Part shown: positions 23,213-33,616 of the stretch, piece by piece
Layout of the letters: every line of letters begins with the position of its first letter
Numbering within the stretch: the stretch's first letter is position 1
DNA from: Candidatus Heimdallarchaeota archaeon
GTDB taxonomy: Archaea; Asgardarchaeota; Heimdallarchaeia; Heimdallarchaeales; Heimdallarchaeaceae
Reading direction: 5' to 3'
Length of the DNA stretch: 40,632 bases
Assembly: GCA_030668825.1 (NCBI GenBank)
Contig: DAOVET010000017.1
Location: 1-40,632 of the forward strand
Made by a program: the position numbers and the translations under genes
The notes under the pieces: generated by a model
The model's database searches: none
What the model saw: the letters and a program-made list of their open reading frames with translations, nothing else
Told to the model about the DNA's origin: nothing

Positions 23213-24634
23213 TTATGCTAGTATTGTTCCATAAATTTTTGCTTTCAGTTTGTCTTTAACTAGAACATCAGTAACTGTTAAGTGAAGGATATTATATTCA
23301 TTTAGTAGTTTTTTTGAGATATCATCTATGACATCTGCCACGGCTATACAGAGAAAATGGTTTCTCAAACCTGCAATAGAACTCAAATTTTCAATTATCC
23401 TGTAAGCATGGTCTTGGGTCATTATATCTTTGAAAAACTTCACAAAAACATACGAAGAACCTTTTCGCAATACTAAATCAAAGTTTTCTTCAAATATCAA
23501 AGATTCTTTGAACTCAAATTCCTTGAAAATTTTACTGATTCTAACTTTCAAATATTCAGCATCAAAAACTGGATTCACTGTTCTTGGAACAGGTATTGTA
23601 AGATCATCGATTCTACTTGGGGCATATTTCTCTACCTCTTTTTTGGGTATCGGTTCTGAGCTAATGATTTTTGGTGTTTCAAGATTCCTACTACGAATAC
23701 TCTGGTATGGTTTCTTAGAATTTGGGAAGGGAAGAGAAACTACTTTATTTGGTTTTTGTTCTGGAATCTGGATTTGTTTCACACTTTCCTTTCTTTGTTC
23801 TATTATTTCATTTTTGGATACTGTATGATGTACTTCTATTCTAAGTGGGGGAAATAATCTGTTAATATTCAGCAAATCTTTAATGAAACCAGTAATCTTA
23901 ATCCATGGGACAAAGAATTGAAAATTTGTTTTATGTTTTACAATATCACGTTTTGAAACAAAGAGAAGCTGTCCATCTAATCTAACGGTAGTTGCTTTAA
24001 GATATCTTAAAAGAATAGCCTTTTTTCCCTTTATTGAATTCTTATCGTGACTTCTTGCAATAAAAAGAATTCCTAGAAATGGAACATTTCTTTGATTTTT
24101 TTCTCTCGAAACAAATTGTGAAATATTGACAGAAAATGCTTCTGCTTCAACTAAATCCTTCGTAAACTGTGTAAATCTCTTAACTATTGTATCTGCTTCT
24201 AAGTCTAAGCTAACCAGTTGACATGCTAGTACGTATTGCTTTGATTTATCACTGTGAGTAAAAGTCAAAACTTTGTCATCTTGTTCTATTCTTTGAATGT
24301 CTGAGATAAAGAAATTATCTGTATTTTCTTCAATTCTTAGTGAGTAAGTTGACATTAAATGTTTCAACATCTTTTCTAGTTTTTCTTTATTTGTTGATAC
24401 TTGATCAAAATTGTAAACAATCAAATATTGCTTTTTTTTTGCTATCCATATTGAATACATTAGTCCCTTTGAGTTCAGCTCATTAATTAGATTGGATATC
24501 TTTACTCCCATTTCAAAGCTAGACAACTCAAATAAGATAACATTGTCTTTATAATTTCGATTCAAATTCGTTTCATTTCCTTCACTAGCAGAAAAGATAG
24601 GACTCATATGACATCTACTCACTCTCTTGAACAA
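23213..24634 (-). CDS. Hypothetical protein with Pro/Lys-rich linker and C-terminal degenerate restriction-endonuclease-like (PD-(D/E)XK) domain
   Basis: Long ORF (alternative start ATG 24607). The C-terminal IFKEFEF...FDLVLRKGSSYVFVKFFK...LCIAVAD...YNILHL has Mrr-like topology but lacks ExK. Confidence 0.6.
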   Translation of the reverse strand: MFKRVSRCHMSPIFSASEGNETNLNRNYKDNVILFELSSFEMGVKISNLINELNSKGLMYSIWIAKKKQYLIVYNFDQVSTNKEKLEKMLKHLMSTYSLRIEENTDNFFISDIQRIEQDDKVLTFTHSDKSKQYVLACQLVSLDLEADTIVKRFTQFTKDLVEAEAFSVNISQFVSREKNQRNVPFLGILFIARSHDKNSIKGKKAILLRYLKATTVRLDGQLLFVSKRDIVKHKTNFQFFVPWIKITGFIKDLLNINRLFPPLRIEVHHTVSKNEIIEQRKESVKQIQIPEQKPNKVVSLPFPNSKKPYQSIRSRNLETPKIISSEPIPKKEVEKYAPSRIDDLTIPVPRTVNPVFDAEYLKVRISKIFKEFEFKESLIFEENFDLVLRKGSSYVFVKFFKDIMTQDHAYRIIENLSSIAGLRNHFLCIAVADVIDDISKKLLNEYNILHLTVTDVLVKDKLKAKIYGTILA

Positions 24635-24719
24635 TCTGTGTAATCAATATTCTAGTTGTAAGAAGTTATTTAAGCACAAGAATTCTTAAACATTATAGAA
24701 TTCCTTTAGATAACTTCAT

Positions 24720-26132
24720 CTAATAATCTGTGCCAAAAAGGACCGCTATAGACGAGATTGTATCTCCAAGACCAACTAATTTTCGAGAGTTTTTTACCAA
24801 TATTGTAGGTATCCCAATTAAAGAAAAAGAAGCTGTTTCCACTATACCTGTTTTAAATAAATTTCCTTTTACATTAAACTGTGACTCTAAGTATAATTGG
24901 AGATTTTTTAGCTCCTCATAACCTTTGGAAGATAAATTTAATTCAACATCATGTATCTCGTGGAAAGAGCCTATAGATCCTTTCTTAGCTTTTAATGCTG
25001 CAAAATATGATGACAAAATGAGAGCCTTTTTAGCCATATTAGCTTCTTTATTGTTTATTACTGGAGATAATACAAGGAAATATTCAAGATAATGAAGATG
25101 TATTCTTAAATGAGGATACTCGGAAAATAATCCATACAAAAATTGAAATAATGTTGTGGAAGTATTTTTTTTATCAAGTTTTTCTCCTTCTTGTTCCTTC
25201 TTTGTGGAAGAGAAAAAAATAAGTTCTTGTTCATTTACACCAATTGAATTTATTAATGGAAACAAATTTTTTTTGACAAAATTTCTTAATTTAGCATTAT
25301 TAGTTGAAGCAATCTCTAGATGAATATATAAATCAGGATTAACTTTCTTCCACTGTTCAATCATTTTTATTATGGGATTTATTATTTCCTCATAGCTACT
25401 CAATTGTTCATTGACAAGGTGAAAACCTGAGATTATAGCTAATGAATATTCACTGATAAAATTTGGACTAAATTCATGAAAACCCTTACTAAATTTAACC
25501 ATACTATTGACTTCATCATAGGAAACAATAAACCGATTATCTCTTGGAGAGACAAATTTTATTGAATTAACCTCATAATTTCCAGCTTTAAACTCAAAAA
25601 TATAATGAGAAATAGGTTCATTCTCTGTAAATTCTAATTCTTTAATTTCGCAAATTGAATATGAATTTGCTTTTTCAACAACAGTTAGAAGTGTTGGCTC
25701 CAATAAATTAACTAGTTGAGAGTCATATGTAGGTAGACTAAGCAAAACATTTCCAACATCAATATTCTTGAATAAATTAGCGATTATTCCAGCTTGACCG
25801 CCAATCTGAATATTCTTAATTTCGAAATTATTTTCAATCCAGTTTGCAATTTCCATTGAAGAGATTACTATTTCTACAGCCTTTCCACCCTTCATAGAAT
25901 CCAAGAAATAAAGCAAGAAATCCTCAATTGTACTAACTCTAGAAGGAAATTTCATTTTATCTATCGATTCGAGATCAACTCCTTCAGGTAATGCTAAACT
26001 TATTGTCTCTGGTGTAATTTCAATTATTTTGTCAATGTTAACATTGAAACCTATTATTGCATTCCTTTTTTTTATAAAACTCTTAGATTCTTGTTCCAAA
26101 GTCTTAGAATACTCGTCATGCCAGCTTATCAT
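24720..26132 (-). CDS. ADP-dependent glucokinase/phosphofructokinase family
   Basis: GFNVNID, IGGQAGIIAN, HYIFEF, NRFI, ISGFH, HLEIAS, SIGVNEQE and VGLGDTISS. Confidence 0.93.
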   Translation of the reverse strand: MISWHDEYSKTLEQESKSFIKKRNAIIGFNVNIDKIIEITPETISLALPEGVDLESIDKMKFPSRVSTIEDFLLYFLDSMKGGKAVEIVISSMEIANWIENNFEIKNIQIGGQAGIIANLFKNIDVGNVLLSLPTYDSQLVNLLEPTLLTVVEKANSYSICEIKELEFTENEPISHYIFEFKAGNYEVNSIKFVSPRDNRFIVSYDEVNSMVKFSKGFHEFSPNFISEYSLAIISGFHLVNEQLSSYEEIINPIIKMIEQWKKVNPDLYIHLEIASTNNAKLRNFVKKNLFPLINSIGVNEQELIFFSSTKKEQEGEKLDKKNTSTTLFQFLYGLFSEYPHLRIHLHYLEYFLVLSPVINNKEANMAKKALILSSYFAALKAKKGSIGSFHEIHDVELNLSSKGYEELKNLQLYLESQFNVKGNLFKTGIVETASFSLIGIPTILVKNSRKLVGLGDTISSIAVLFGTDY

Positions 26133-26188
26133 TGCTGTATCTAATTAGACGATAGTCTTATAAAGGATTTTTCCAAAAAAAATATTGA

Positions 26189-26269
26189 GTGTGGTAACTT
26201 GGACTGGAAATAGCTTCTACTGGTTTTTACTCACAAAACTGCGCAGTAGACTATGGTCCACTTCCATAT
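26189..26269 (+). ncRNA. Candidate ~80 nt structured RNA (long bulged hairpin) between divergent promoters
   Basis: Nested pairings GTGTGG/CCATAT (G-U), TGGAC/GTCCA, TAG/CTA, TCTACTG/CAGTAGA and GTTTT/AAAAC. Confidence 0.35.
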
Positions 26270-26312
26270 AATCAAGCTTTTAATTATTGCATTTTATTTA
26301 AGAGGTGTAGAA

Positions 26313-27422
26313 ATGAATCAGAATATAGAATCCCATGCAATTGAAAAAAGAGAGGATTATGAGAAAATTCTTTCTGAATTTGGCATTTCTAAGATTGACA
26401 AAATACTTCCAAGAATAGGCACAGATAATCTCTTTTTTAGGAGAGGAGTAGTATTTGCACATAGAGATTTCGGTAAAATCTTAGATAGGGTGGAACAGAA
26501 GAAATCTTTTGCAATAATCAGTGGTAGGGGGCCCTCTAATGATTTACATTTCGGTCATCTTATACTATACGATTTAATTAGACATTTACAAGATAAATAT
26601 GAATGTAAATACTTCTTACCCTTTTCAGACGATGAAAAATATGTTTTTCGTAAAGTAAATTCTTTAGAAGAAACCTACAAACTGGCTATACAAAATGCAA
26701 TTGACATCTTTGCTATAGGTTTTAAACCCGAAAATGTGAACGCATATATTTCGAGTATGACACCAAGAATACATTATCTAGCATTAACGTTTTCTGTAAA
26801 TCAAACATTTAATGCGGTCAGATCAGCACTTGGGCTAAGTGGAGAGGAAAATACAGGTGTTATTCATTATACAAATATTCAAGCAGCACATATTCTTCAT
26901 CCAACTACAGATTATGATTTACCTGTAGTTGTTCCTATTGGATTGGATCAGGATGTATTTATAAGATTGACAAGAGATGTTGCGAGAAAGAGAAAAATCA
27001 CACTTCCAGCGTCTTTATACATAAAATATCTCAAAGGATTAACAGGAGGACCTATGTCTTCATCCGTTGAGGAAACTTGCGTTTTCCTAAGAGATGAACC
27101 AAAAACGATTAAGAAGAAAATCATGAATGCTCTTACAGGAGGAAGAACAACTATTAAGGAGCAAAGAGAACTAGGTGCCAATCCCGAAATATGCACAATT
27201 TTCGATTGGTTCTCAAAATACTTCGTTGAAGATGATGATGAACTGGATAAGATTGAAGCAGGCTGCAGAGGTGGAGATCTAATCTGCGGACATGATTGCA
27301 AACCAAATCTGATTGAAATGGTTCTTAAATATCAAGAAAAGTATAACAGAAGAAAAGAAGAAGTAGTAAAAAATCTAGACAGATATTTCGAGCATGAAAT
27401 TGATTTATCAGTAATTGAGTAA
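26313..27422 (+). CDS. trpS: Tryptophan--tRNA ligase (archaeal/eukaryotic type)
   Basis: FFRRGVVFAHRD, SGRGPS.DLHFGH, DDEKY, PIGLDQD, MSSS and TGGRTT; ATG 26313 follows GAGGTG. Confidence 0.97.
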   Translation: MNQNIESHAIEKREDYEKILSEFGISKIDKILPRIGTDNLFFRRGVVFAHRDFGKILDRVEQKKSFAIISGRGPSNDLHFGHLILYDLIRHLQDKYECKYFLPFSDDEKYVFRKVNSLEETYKLAIQNAIDIFAIGFKPENVNAYISSMTPRIHYLALTFSVNQTFNAVRSALGLSGEENTGVIHYTNIQAAHILHPTTDYDLPVVVPIGLDQDVFIRLTRDVARKRKITLPASLYIKYLKGLTGGPMSSSVEETCVFLRDEPKTIKKKIMNALTGGRTTIKEQRELGANPEICTIFDWFSKYFVEDDDELDKIEAGCRGGDLICGHDCKPNLIEMVLKYQEKYNRRKEEVVKNLDRYFEHEIDLSVIE

Positions 27423-27435
27423 GAGAGTGGTTTGT

Positions 27436-28551
27436 TTGTCAGAGCAAAGGTATAAAGGTAACCCATTCAGAAGAGTCAGTTATATACCACCTATAGATGT
27501 GATTCTGTCAGTTGCTTTTAAACAAACCAAAAACCTTAGAATCAAATCATCAAAACGACGAATTTCAAGAGAGGAAAAAATAGCAAACTTAGAAAGGGAA
27601 AGGATTTCTACTCTTGCAATGGTTATAACAGAAAAATTAGAACGGATTATTAACCAATTTCCATGGATTGAAAGTCTCCACCCATTCTATGGTGAAATTT
27701 GCGATCTGATGGGCAATATCGACAAAATAAGGAGAATTTTGGGTCGTTTGGGTGGTATTGAAAACCAGATAAAAGAATTAGAAAGAGACCATATTGCCAG
27801 ACTAAAAGAAACAAAGCATCCTAACGAAATGGCAGAAATTAGGAATCAATCAAATGGACGAATGGCTTCTCTATTAAAAAAAGCCAAAGGTGATGTCAAT
27901 TATCTAATTAGGGTCATTAAAAAACTCAAAACGGTTCCTGATTTCAATGTTAACTATCCAACTGTTGTTATCGCAGGAGCTCCAAATGTAGGAAAATCCT
28001 CTTTGGTTATAGAAATATCTACCGGAAAACCAGAAGTTGGAGAATACCCTTTTACAACAAAGAAAATTATATTTGGTCATAGAGATATAGGAATGACCAA
28101 CATACAAGTAGTGGATACACCTGGTCTTTTAGATAGGCCATTTCGAGATAGAAATCTGATTGAACGACAGAGCATAATATCAATTAGACACATCTCTGAC
28201 ATTATTCTTTTCATGTTTGACATCTCTAAAGATGCAACTATCTCACTTGAGGAACAATTCAATCTTTTTGAAGATATTGAGAAAGAATTTCCTAATGTTT
28301 TGATTATACGAGTGTTGAACAAAACGGATCTACTATCTGAAGAAGAAATAATTGAAGGTAAAAAAACCCTAAAAACACAATTTCAGATAACTATTAAGGA
28401 TGTAAATTCCCTACAAGGATTAATAGAAGAAATAGAAGCCATTGTTAAAAACTCAGTATTGCAAACAGAGAAATTCAAGGAAATATTGAAACTAACAGTG
28501 TCAAAAGAATTTCTACAACCAGTAGAAGAAGAAATTAATTACGAGTTCTGA
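27436..28551 (+). CDS. nog1: Nog1-type OBG GTPase (large-subunit biogenesis)
   Basis: N-terminal FP..ESLHPFY; GAPNVGKSS, YPFTTK, DTPGLLDRP and NKTD. TTG 27436 after GAGTGG preferred over 27415. Confidence 0.92.
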   Translation: MSEQRYKGNPFRRVSYIPPIDVILSVAFKQTKNLRIKSSKRRISREEKIANLERERISTLAMVITEKLERIINQFPWIESLHPFYGEICDLMGNIDKIRRILGRLGGIENQIKELERDHIARLKETKHPNEMAEIRNQSNGRMASLLKKAKGDVNYLIRVIKKLKTVPDFNVNYPTVVIAGAPNVGKSSLVIEISTGKPEVGEYPFTTKKIIFGHRDIGMTNIQVVDTPGLLDRPFRDRNLIERQSIISIRHISDIILFMFDISKDATISLEEQFNLFEDIEKEFPNVLIIRVLNKTDLLSEEEIIEGKKTLKTQFQITIKDVNSLQGLIEEIEAIVKNSVLQTEKFKEILKLTVSKEFLQPVEEEINYEF

Positions 28552-28632
28552 GACTATTTATATGAAATAAAAGTTTGTGGAAATGAATCAATAACTTAGC
28601 TATATTACTGAAGCGCTGATTTTTCTAAATCG

Positions 28633-29376
28633 TTAGACAAACATTCCTTTATCTGAATCCACATCTGTATCTTTCCTAGATTTGCTTGCTTGTAATAAGG
28701 ATTCAATTTCCTTTTCGATTCTTTCAGCTTCTTCTAGAAGCTCTTGAACGTTTATTTTAATATCTAATACATTATTTATTGCATTTACAGCAACACTTGC
28801 GGCTATTGGATCGGGTCTTGAACGTTCAGCGTATGGTAAAAGAGCAACTGCAGGAAAATCATTAAGTTCATAGAACATTAACATATATGCCAAAGGTCCT
28901 GTAACATATAATCCTTCATCTAAAACTGGAATCTCTACCTCGGGTCTTTTTTCCATAAATGCTTGAGTATATATCGCTTTTATTTCATTTTCATCTTTTA
29001 ATCTTCTATCTAATCCGCCGATAAGAATTGATTGTTTGAATTTTTCACTTATAGACCATTCTACTAAGGTCTTTGTAAAAGCTAGATGTTCAGATTTTAT
29101 TGGTTCGAATATTGGTAGAACTACTACAAGGTTATCCTTTCTATATATCTCAAATGGAAAAGTAATTTTCTCATTTTTTATTGTTATAAATTGTGGAATA
29201 TTGTTTGTAATTATGAAACCGATTCTTTCAGCTTTGAGGTTGTCAACAAGATGGCTCATTGAAATAAAGCCGCACTCACCTATTCCATGCCAACCATTTA
29301 ATAATGTGCAACCTTCAAAATTCTGAGACTCTTTGAAAATGAATTCAACTTGCCCATAATCTTTCTTATCATCCAT
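28633..29376 (-). CDS. PAC2-family proteasome assembly chaperone (Pba-like)
   Basis: GWHGIGECG, IGGL, PDPIAA, LLEEAERIE; C-terminus GMFV is HbYX-like. Confidence 0.88.
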   Translation of the reverse strand: MDDKKDYGQVEFIFKESQNFEGCTLLNGWHGIGECGFISMSHLVDNLKAERIGFIITNNIPQFITIKNEKITFPFEIYRKDNLVVVLPIFEPIKSEHLAFTKTLVEWSISEKFKQSILIGGLDRRLKDENEIKAIYTQAFMEKRPEVEIPVLDEGLYVTGPLAYMLMFYELNDFPAVALLPYAERSRPDPIAASVAVNAINNVLDIKINVQELLEEAERIEKEIESLLQASKSRKDTDVDSDKGMFV

Positions 29377-29568
29377 GTTTAGTTATCTCCTAATTATCTA
29401 ATTGGTATAGACTTTATAATGACTATTTTTGTACAGCAAGTTTGGTGTGCTTAAATAGATTTGTCTTCCTTTGATATTGTTTATCTGATATTTAGAATCA
29501 TATATTATACTAAAAACAAGCAAAATTAAACATATGATAAAAATAAAAAAATAAAAGAAAATAAGAGG

Positions 29569-30303
29569 TTATTTCTTACCTCTTCTTCTACCGCTTCTTT
29601 TTGCTGCTATCAAACCTACTTTTCTTCCAGGTTGTGCATGTCTTGAAACGGTTGTTGAACGTGGGGGACTTTGATGAGCACCACCACCATGTGGATGTGA
29701 AACTGCGTTCATTGCTACACCTCTTACTTTAGGATAGTAGTGGCCTTTAGCTTTTTTATGATGATGCATGTTTCCAGCTTTAACAAAAGGTTTCTCTGTT
29801 CTTCCTCCTCCAGCAACAATTCCAACTGTAGCTCTGCATCTTTGGGGAATTTCTTTCATTTCTCCACTTGGAAGCTGTACTGTAACTTTGCCTTTATCGT
29901 GTCCTAAAATAGTTGCATATCCACCGCTGGCTCTTATTAAACGCCCACCATCTCCTGGTGTTAATTCAATATTGAAAACTGGAGACCCATCAGGAATAGC
30001 TTGTAAAGGCATTGTGTTACCTAGTTGAACTGCTGCACCTGTTCCATATTCGATTTTTTGTCCTACTCGAATGCCTTCAGAAGGCAGTATGATCTTCTTG
30101 AGTCCATCCTCAAAAAGTACTTTAGCTACAGGAGCCCCTCTACCAGGATCATGAACAATATCTTTAACAAATCCAGTAATTTTTCCTGAATATTCGATTT
30201 TTGCAACTTTTCTGTATTTTACACTACCTTTTTTCTTATGAGAAGCTGCTCTGAACTGTGATGTTCCTCTTCCACGTCTCTGAACTAGTATTTTCTTACC
30301 CAT
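29569..30303 (-). CDS. rpl2: 50S ribosomal protein L2
   Basis: QRRGRG, HDPGRGAP, VRGVAMNAVSHPHGGG. Confidence 0.99.
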   Translation of the reverse strand: MGKKILVQRRGRGTSQFRAASHKKKGSVKYRKVAKIEYSGKITGFVKDIVHDPGRGAPVAKVLFEDGLKKIILPSEGIRVGQKIEYGTGAAVQLGNTMPLQAIPDGSPVFNIELTPGDGGRLIRASGGYATILGHDKGKVTVQLPSGEMKEIPQRCRATVGIVAGGGRTEKPFVKAGNMHHHKKAKGHYYPKVRGVAMNAVSHPHGGGAHQSPPRSTTVSRHAQPGRKVGLIAAKRSGRRRGKK

Positions 30304-30315
30304 TCAAATCACCTT

Positions 30316-30576
30316 TTAGAATAATCCCATTCGTGATGCAATATCAGTAGCATCATCAAATTCACTTAGCCTTACGTATGCTTTCTTTGTTCCTTTGGGA
30401 GTTATTAATGTATTAACCTTATCTACCTTAACGTTGTATAGTATTTCAATTGCTTCTTTAATTTGCTTCTTCGTAGCTCTGAGATCAACCCATAGAACCA
30501 ATTTATTTTCTTTTTCTATTAGTTCAAAGTCCTTTTCTGAGATAAGTGGTTTCTTTATAATTTTGTACGGATCCAT
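30316..30576 (-). CDS. rpl23: 50S ribosomal protein L23
   Basis: [24 protein letters not shown]. Confidence 0.98.
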   Translation of the reverse strand: MDPYKIIKKPLISEKDFELIEKENKLVLWVDLRATKKQIKEAIEILYNVKVDKVNTLITPKGTKKAYVRLSEFDDATDIASRMGLF

Positions 30577-30582
30577 TTTTCA

Positions 30583-31368
30583 TCACCCAAAACGTTCTCC
30601 TAGAGATTTTATCGCATCCTCAGTCCAAATAGTAAGTCTTCCAGGATAAGTTCCTGGTGCTAGCATCTCTGTAGATAATTCCCTTACCGATATAATTGTG
30701 GTTCCTAGAATATTTCTACCTGCTTTAGATAATGGACATTCTCTATCGCCAACAACAATTAAAGGACCGACAGGAACTTTATATTTCCTTCCTCTTCCTT
30801 TACCTTTACCAGGGCGAACTTTCTTACCTATTTTAATTCTCATGAGTTCTAAAGACAAACCCAGATTTCCCAAGAATCTAACAACATCTTGTGTTTTTTC
30901 TATAACCTCTGCTTTCGATTCTACAATAATTGGAAATTCCATTTTATCTTCAAATCTGTGTCCTCTATCACCCACTGCGGTTTTTGATGCCGTATAAGCT
31001 ATAGCTGATTTAAGGGCAAGTAAGTGTTCTTTCCTATTTACTTTCTCTATAATCTTTTTCTCCGCTGTTGGAGGATGTGCTTTGTGGCCTCCTCTGGCTT
31101 GAGGAACAAATGCTGTTCTTTGAGCACTATGTGTTCTAGAACCTTTAATACGTGGTACACGAGCTGCCCCTCTTCCAGGACCCCAATTTTCAACAGCAAC
31201 CATACGCCCAGCTAGAGGGCTAACACCTTTAGGTTGTTTCTTCCAACTTTGCTCGGCTAAAACAGCACGTTTGATAACATCTGGACGAAATATTGTGGTA
31301 AAAACTTCAGGGAGTTCTACTTTTTCACTCATTTTCTGTCCTTTGATTGAATATTTTGATACATTCAT
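30583..31368 (-). CDS. rpl4: 50S ribosomal protein L4
   Basis: RPDVIKRA, WGPGRGAARVPR, LAPGTYPGRLTIWT. Confidence 0.98.
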   Translation of the reverse strand: MNVSKYSIKGQKMSEKVELPEVFTTIFRPDVIKRAVLAEQSWKKQPKGVSPLAGRMVAVENWGPGRGAARVPRIKGSRTHSAQRTAFVPQARGGHKAHPPTAEKKIIEKVNRKEHLLALKSAIAYTASKTAVGDRGHRFEDKMEFPIIVESKAEVIEKTQDVVRFLGNLGLSLELMRIKIGKKVRPGKGKGRGRKYKVPVGPLIVVGDRECPLSKAGRNILGTTIISVRELSTEMLAPGTYPGRLTIWTEDAIKSLGERFG

Positions 31369-31384
31369 TTTTATCTCCTCACAC

Positions 31385-32386
31385 CTAACCTTGTTGACTC
31401 CTTGTTGAGATATGCAGAATTTGTGGTTCTTTAATTGGTTGTGGAGCTTTTCTCATTGGTCCTCTAAGCATTACTGTTCGCTTTTTAGGTCCTGGTATTG
31501 ATCCTTTCACTAAAACATAGTTGTTTTTTACCACACCATATTTAACAAATCCACCTTTAGGTACTATTTGTAATCCATCAGATCCTATCTGCATTATTCG
31601 TTTGTTGTATTCAGTCCTCACATGGAACCCCATTTGTCCATATCTTGGAATAGTCCACATTGTTCTGGATGGTGTCCATGGCCCTATTGATCCAACACCA
31701 CGTTTGGTACCTTTGGACTTGTGTTGAAGTATTTTAACTCCATGTCTCTTTACTGGACCTTGGAAACCCTTACCTTTGGTTACACCAATTGAATCAACAA
31801 ATTCTCCTGCCTTAAACACATCCCTGATTAACAATTCTTTTCCAAGAAGAGAAAGACCGTATTCAAAACCTTCCTTTATATCGCTGCATCCAATTTTGAC
31901 TTCAGCTATTTGAGGTGTTTTCATTCCTATTCCAGTCAAGTAAGGTTGTGTATGAACAATTGCTCTTAACTCAACAATTTTTTCTAGTTTATCTTCCAAC
32001 TTCTTCTTGGCCTTTTCAAAATCATATTCTTTTGGAGTCTTAAGTCTACGTTTTAGCTCTTCCTTGGTTTCAGTTGCTAAAAGATCAGCAGCGATCTGAA
32101 GACCATACGCTGATTTTTCGTAACCCCGTAATCCAAAAATTACGATAGGAGGTGTTTCGATGCATGTTATAGCTGCAGTTACTTCTCTATTCGCCAAGTG
32201 ACTCCTTGGTCGATCTTCTATATATACGCAATGCGTCATCCCTGCTTTGATTCCGAGAAATCCCAATAGTTTGGGAGCACCCTCGTATTCTTGCCATGCG
32301 CGAGGTGCAGGGATAATTCTTCTTGCTCTTACCCTTCGATATCCTAGTGATGATCGATGGGGAGCACTTACCCTTCGATGCCCCAT
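31385..32386 (-). CDS. rpl3: 50S ribosomal protein L3
   Basis: GIKAGMTH, TKGKGFQGPVKR, GQMGFHVRTEYNK, GSIPG. ATG 32386 preferred. Confidence 0.98.
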   Translation of the reverse strand: MGHRRVSAPHRSSLGYRRVRARRIIPAPRAWQEYEGAPKLLGFLGIKAGMTHCVYIEDRPRSHLANREVTAAITCIETPPIVIFGLRGYEKSAYGLQIAADLLATETKEELKRRLKTPKEYDFEKAKKKLEDKLEKIVELRAIVHTQPYLTGIGMKTPQIAEVKIGCSDIKEGFEYGLSLLGKELLIRDVFKAGEFVDSIGVTKGKGFQGPVKRHGVKILQHKSKGTKRGVGSIGPWTPSRTMWTIPRYGQMGFHVRTEYNKRIMQIGSDGLQIVPKGGFVKYGVVKNNYVLVKGSIPGPKKRTVMLRGPMRKAPQPIKEPQILHISTRSQQG

Positions 32387-32546
32387 ATTTATCACTTTAT
32401 ATTGCTAATTTTAATTTATTAACGTCTTATTACTTATTCTTGCAGAACCTATGAATTGCGTTCTGACGTCGTACTCCGACTTCATTAGCATCATATAAAT
32501 ATGTCGTTACGAAAGAAATTGAATGAAATAGTCATTTCAGTATAAA

Positions 32547-33584
32547 CTACAAATCTTCAACAGTTATATGAAAACAATCTGATTTTCTTTCAATGTTAGT
32601 TTTTCTTTTTATAAACTTCTGAGTCAAGTCTATGTTGGTTTTAGTGTGGCTTGAGATGGTAGGTGTAGATATTTCTGATTTTCCTTCTGTTAATAACAGC
32701 GGTACAATCAACTGATCTGCAGCATATTCATCTACAGCTGCAGAACCATGAGAATTTCTTTCCCAAATCTTTGCACACAATCCTGCAACCTGTTCAGCAG
32801 TTATTCTTCTTTCACCTGGAATAAAACACCCAATTCTACTACCTGAAGAATAGATTCCAATAACTGTCAATCCTGAACCAGGATTTAGAGATTTAACATA
32901 GTTGATATGTCTATTAACATCAACATTTAGTTTTATTTTTTTTGTGAAAGCATCTGCTTGTCTTTCAGCAACATGTCTCCCCATTAATGATTGTGAAGCT
33001 ATTGAAAAAATTTCTACTTTTAGTAATTCCCCTTTTTCTGTTAAGTTTAGTGGGGAAAGCATATCATGGCCTTTAAACTGAAAAACGCATTTTGCTCCTC
33101 CTCTAGGATAAAAGCCATAGTGCATTGTACTTGTTTCTATTTTCTTATTCATTAATCCCATTAATTCATGAGTAATGTGTTGAATATATTCCACTGAAGG
33201 GGCCCATTTACCATGAGTGGCACCACCATCTATAGTTAATTCCAAATCTCGTTTTTGAGAAAAGGCATAGAATAAGACTGCTTGTGCAACTAAACCAATG
33301 CTTCCAGCTGTTCCAACTTTTACAAATGCTTTATCTGACTTTGCATTTTTCTTTGTTAAAATTAATTCTTCGTCTCCAATATTTGAATCAACCGAAATAA
33401 ATCCAGAAAATTGTTTAATTGCATTAATTGCTTCTATATGTTGAGCTCTTAAACCAGGATTTGATCTATTAGAACGAATGTTGAAAAGATTCAAATCAGT
33501 ATCTGTAGCAGCTGCTAAAGCTGAAGATATTCGTACTATAGAACCTCCACCTTCTCCAATGGAACAATCTAAATTGATAGTCAT
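32547..33584 (-). CDS. rtcA: RNA 3'-terminal phosphate cyclase
   Basis: GEGGG, IRSNRSNPGLRAQH, GFYPRGG, ADQL and the catalytic His in SSHTKTN. Confidence 0.95.
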   Translation of the reverse strand: MTINLDCSIGEGGGSIVRISSALAAATDTDLNLFNIRSNRSNPGLRAQHIEAINAIKQFSGFISVDSNIGDEELILTKKNAKSDKAFVKVGTAGSIGLVAQAVLFYAFSQKRDLELTIDGGATHGKWAPSVEYIQHITHELMGLMNKKIETSTMHYGFYPRGGAKCVFQFKGHDMLSPLNLTEKGELLKVEIFSIASQSLMGRHVAERQADAFTKKIKLNVDVNRHINYVKSLNPGSGLTVIGIYSSGSRIGCFIPGERRITAEQVAGLCAKIWERNSHGSAAVDEYAADQLIVPLLLTEGKSEISTPTISSHTKTNIDLTQKFIKRKTNIERKSDCFHITVEDL

Positions 33585-33616
33585 CTTAAATTGTATAAGA
33601 AAGGAAAGAAAAAAAT

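Noticed and set aside
26167-26200. Degenerate fourth copy of the palindrome (ATTTTTCCAA...GTGGTAACTT)
   Set aside because: Several mismatches and a 14 nt rather than 16 nt spacer.
28552-28632. Possible box C/D sRNA (two CTGA) between nog1 and the PAC2 gene; also ATGATGA near 20414 and 35761
   Set aside because: No properly spaced C and D box pair in any of these places.
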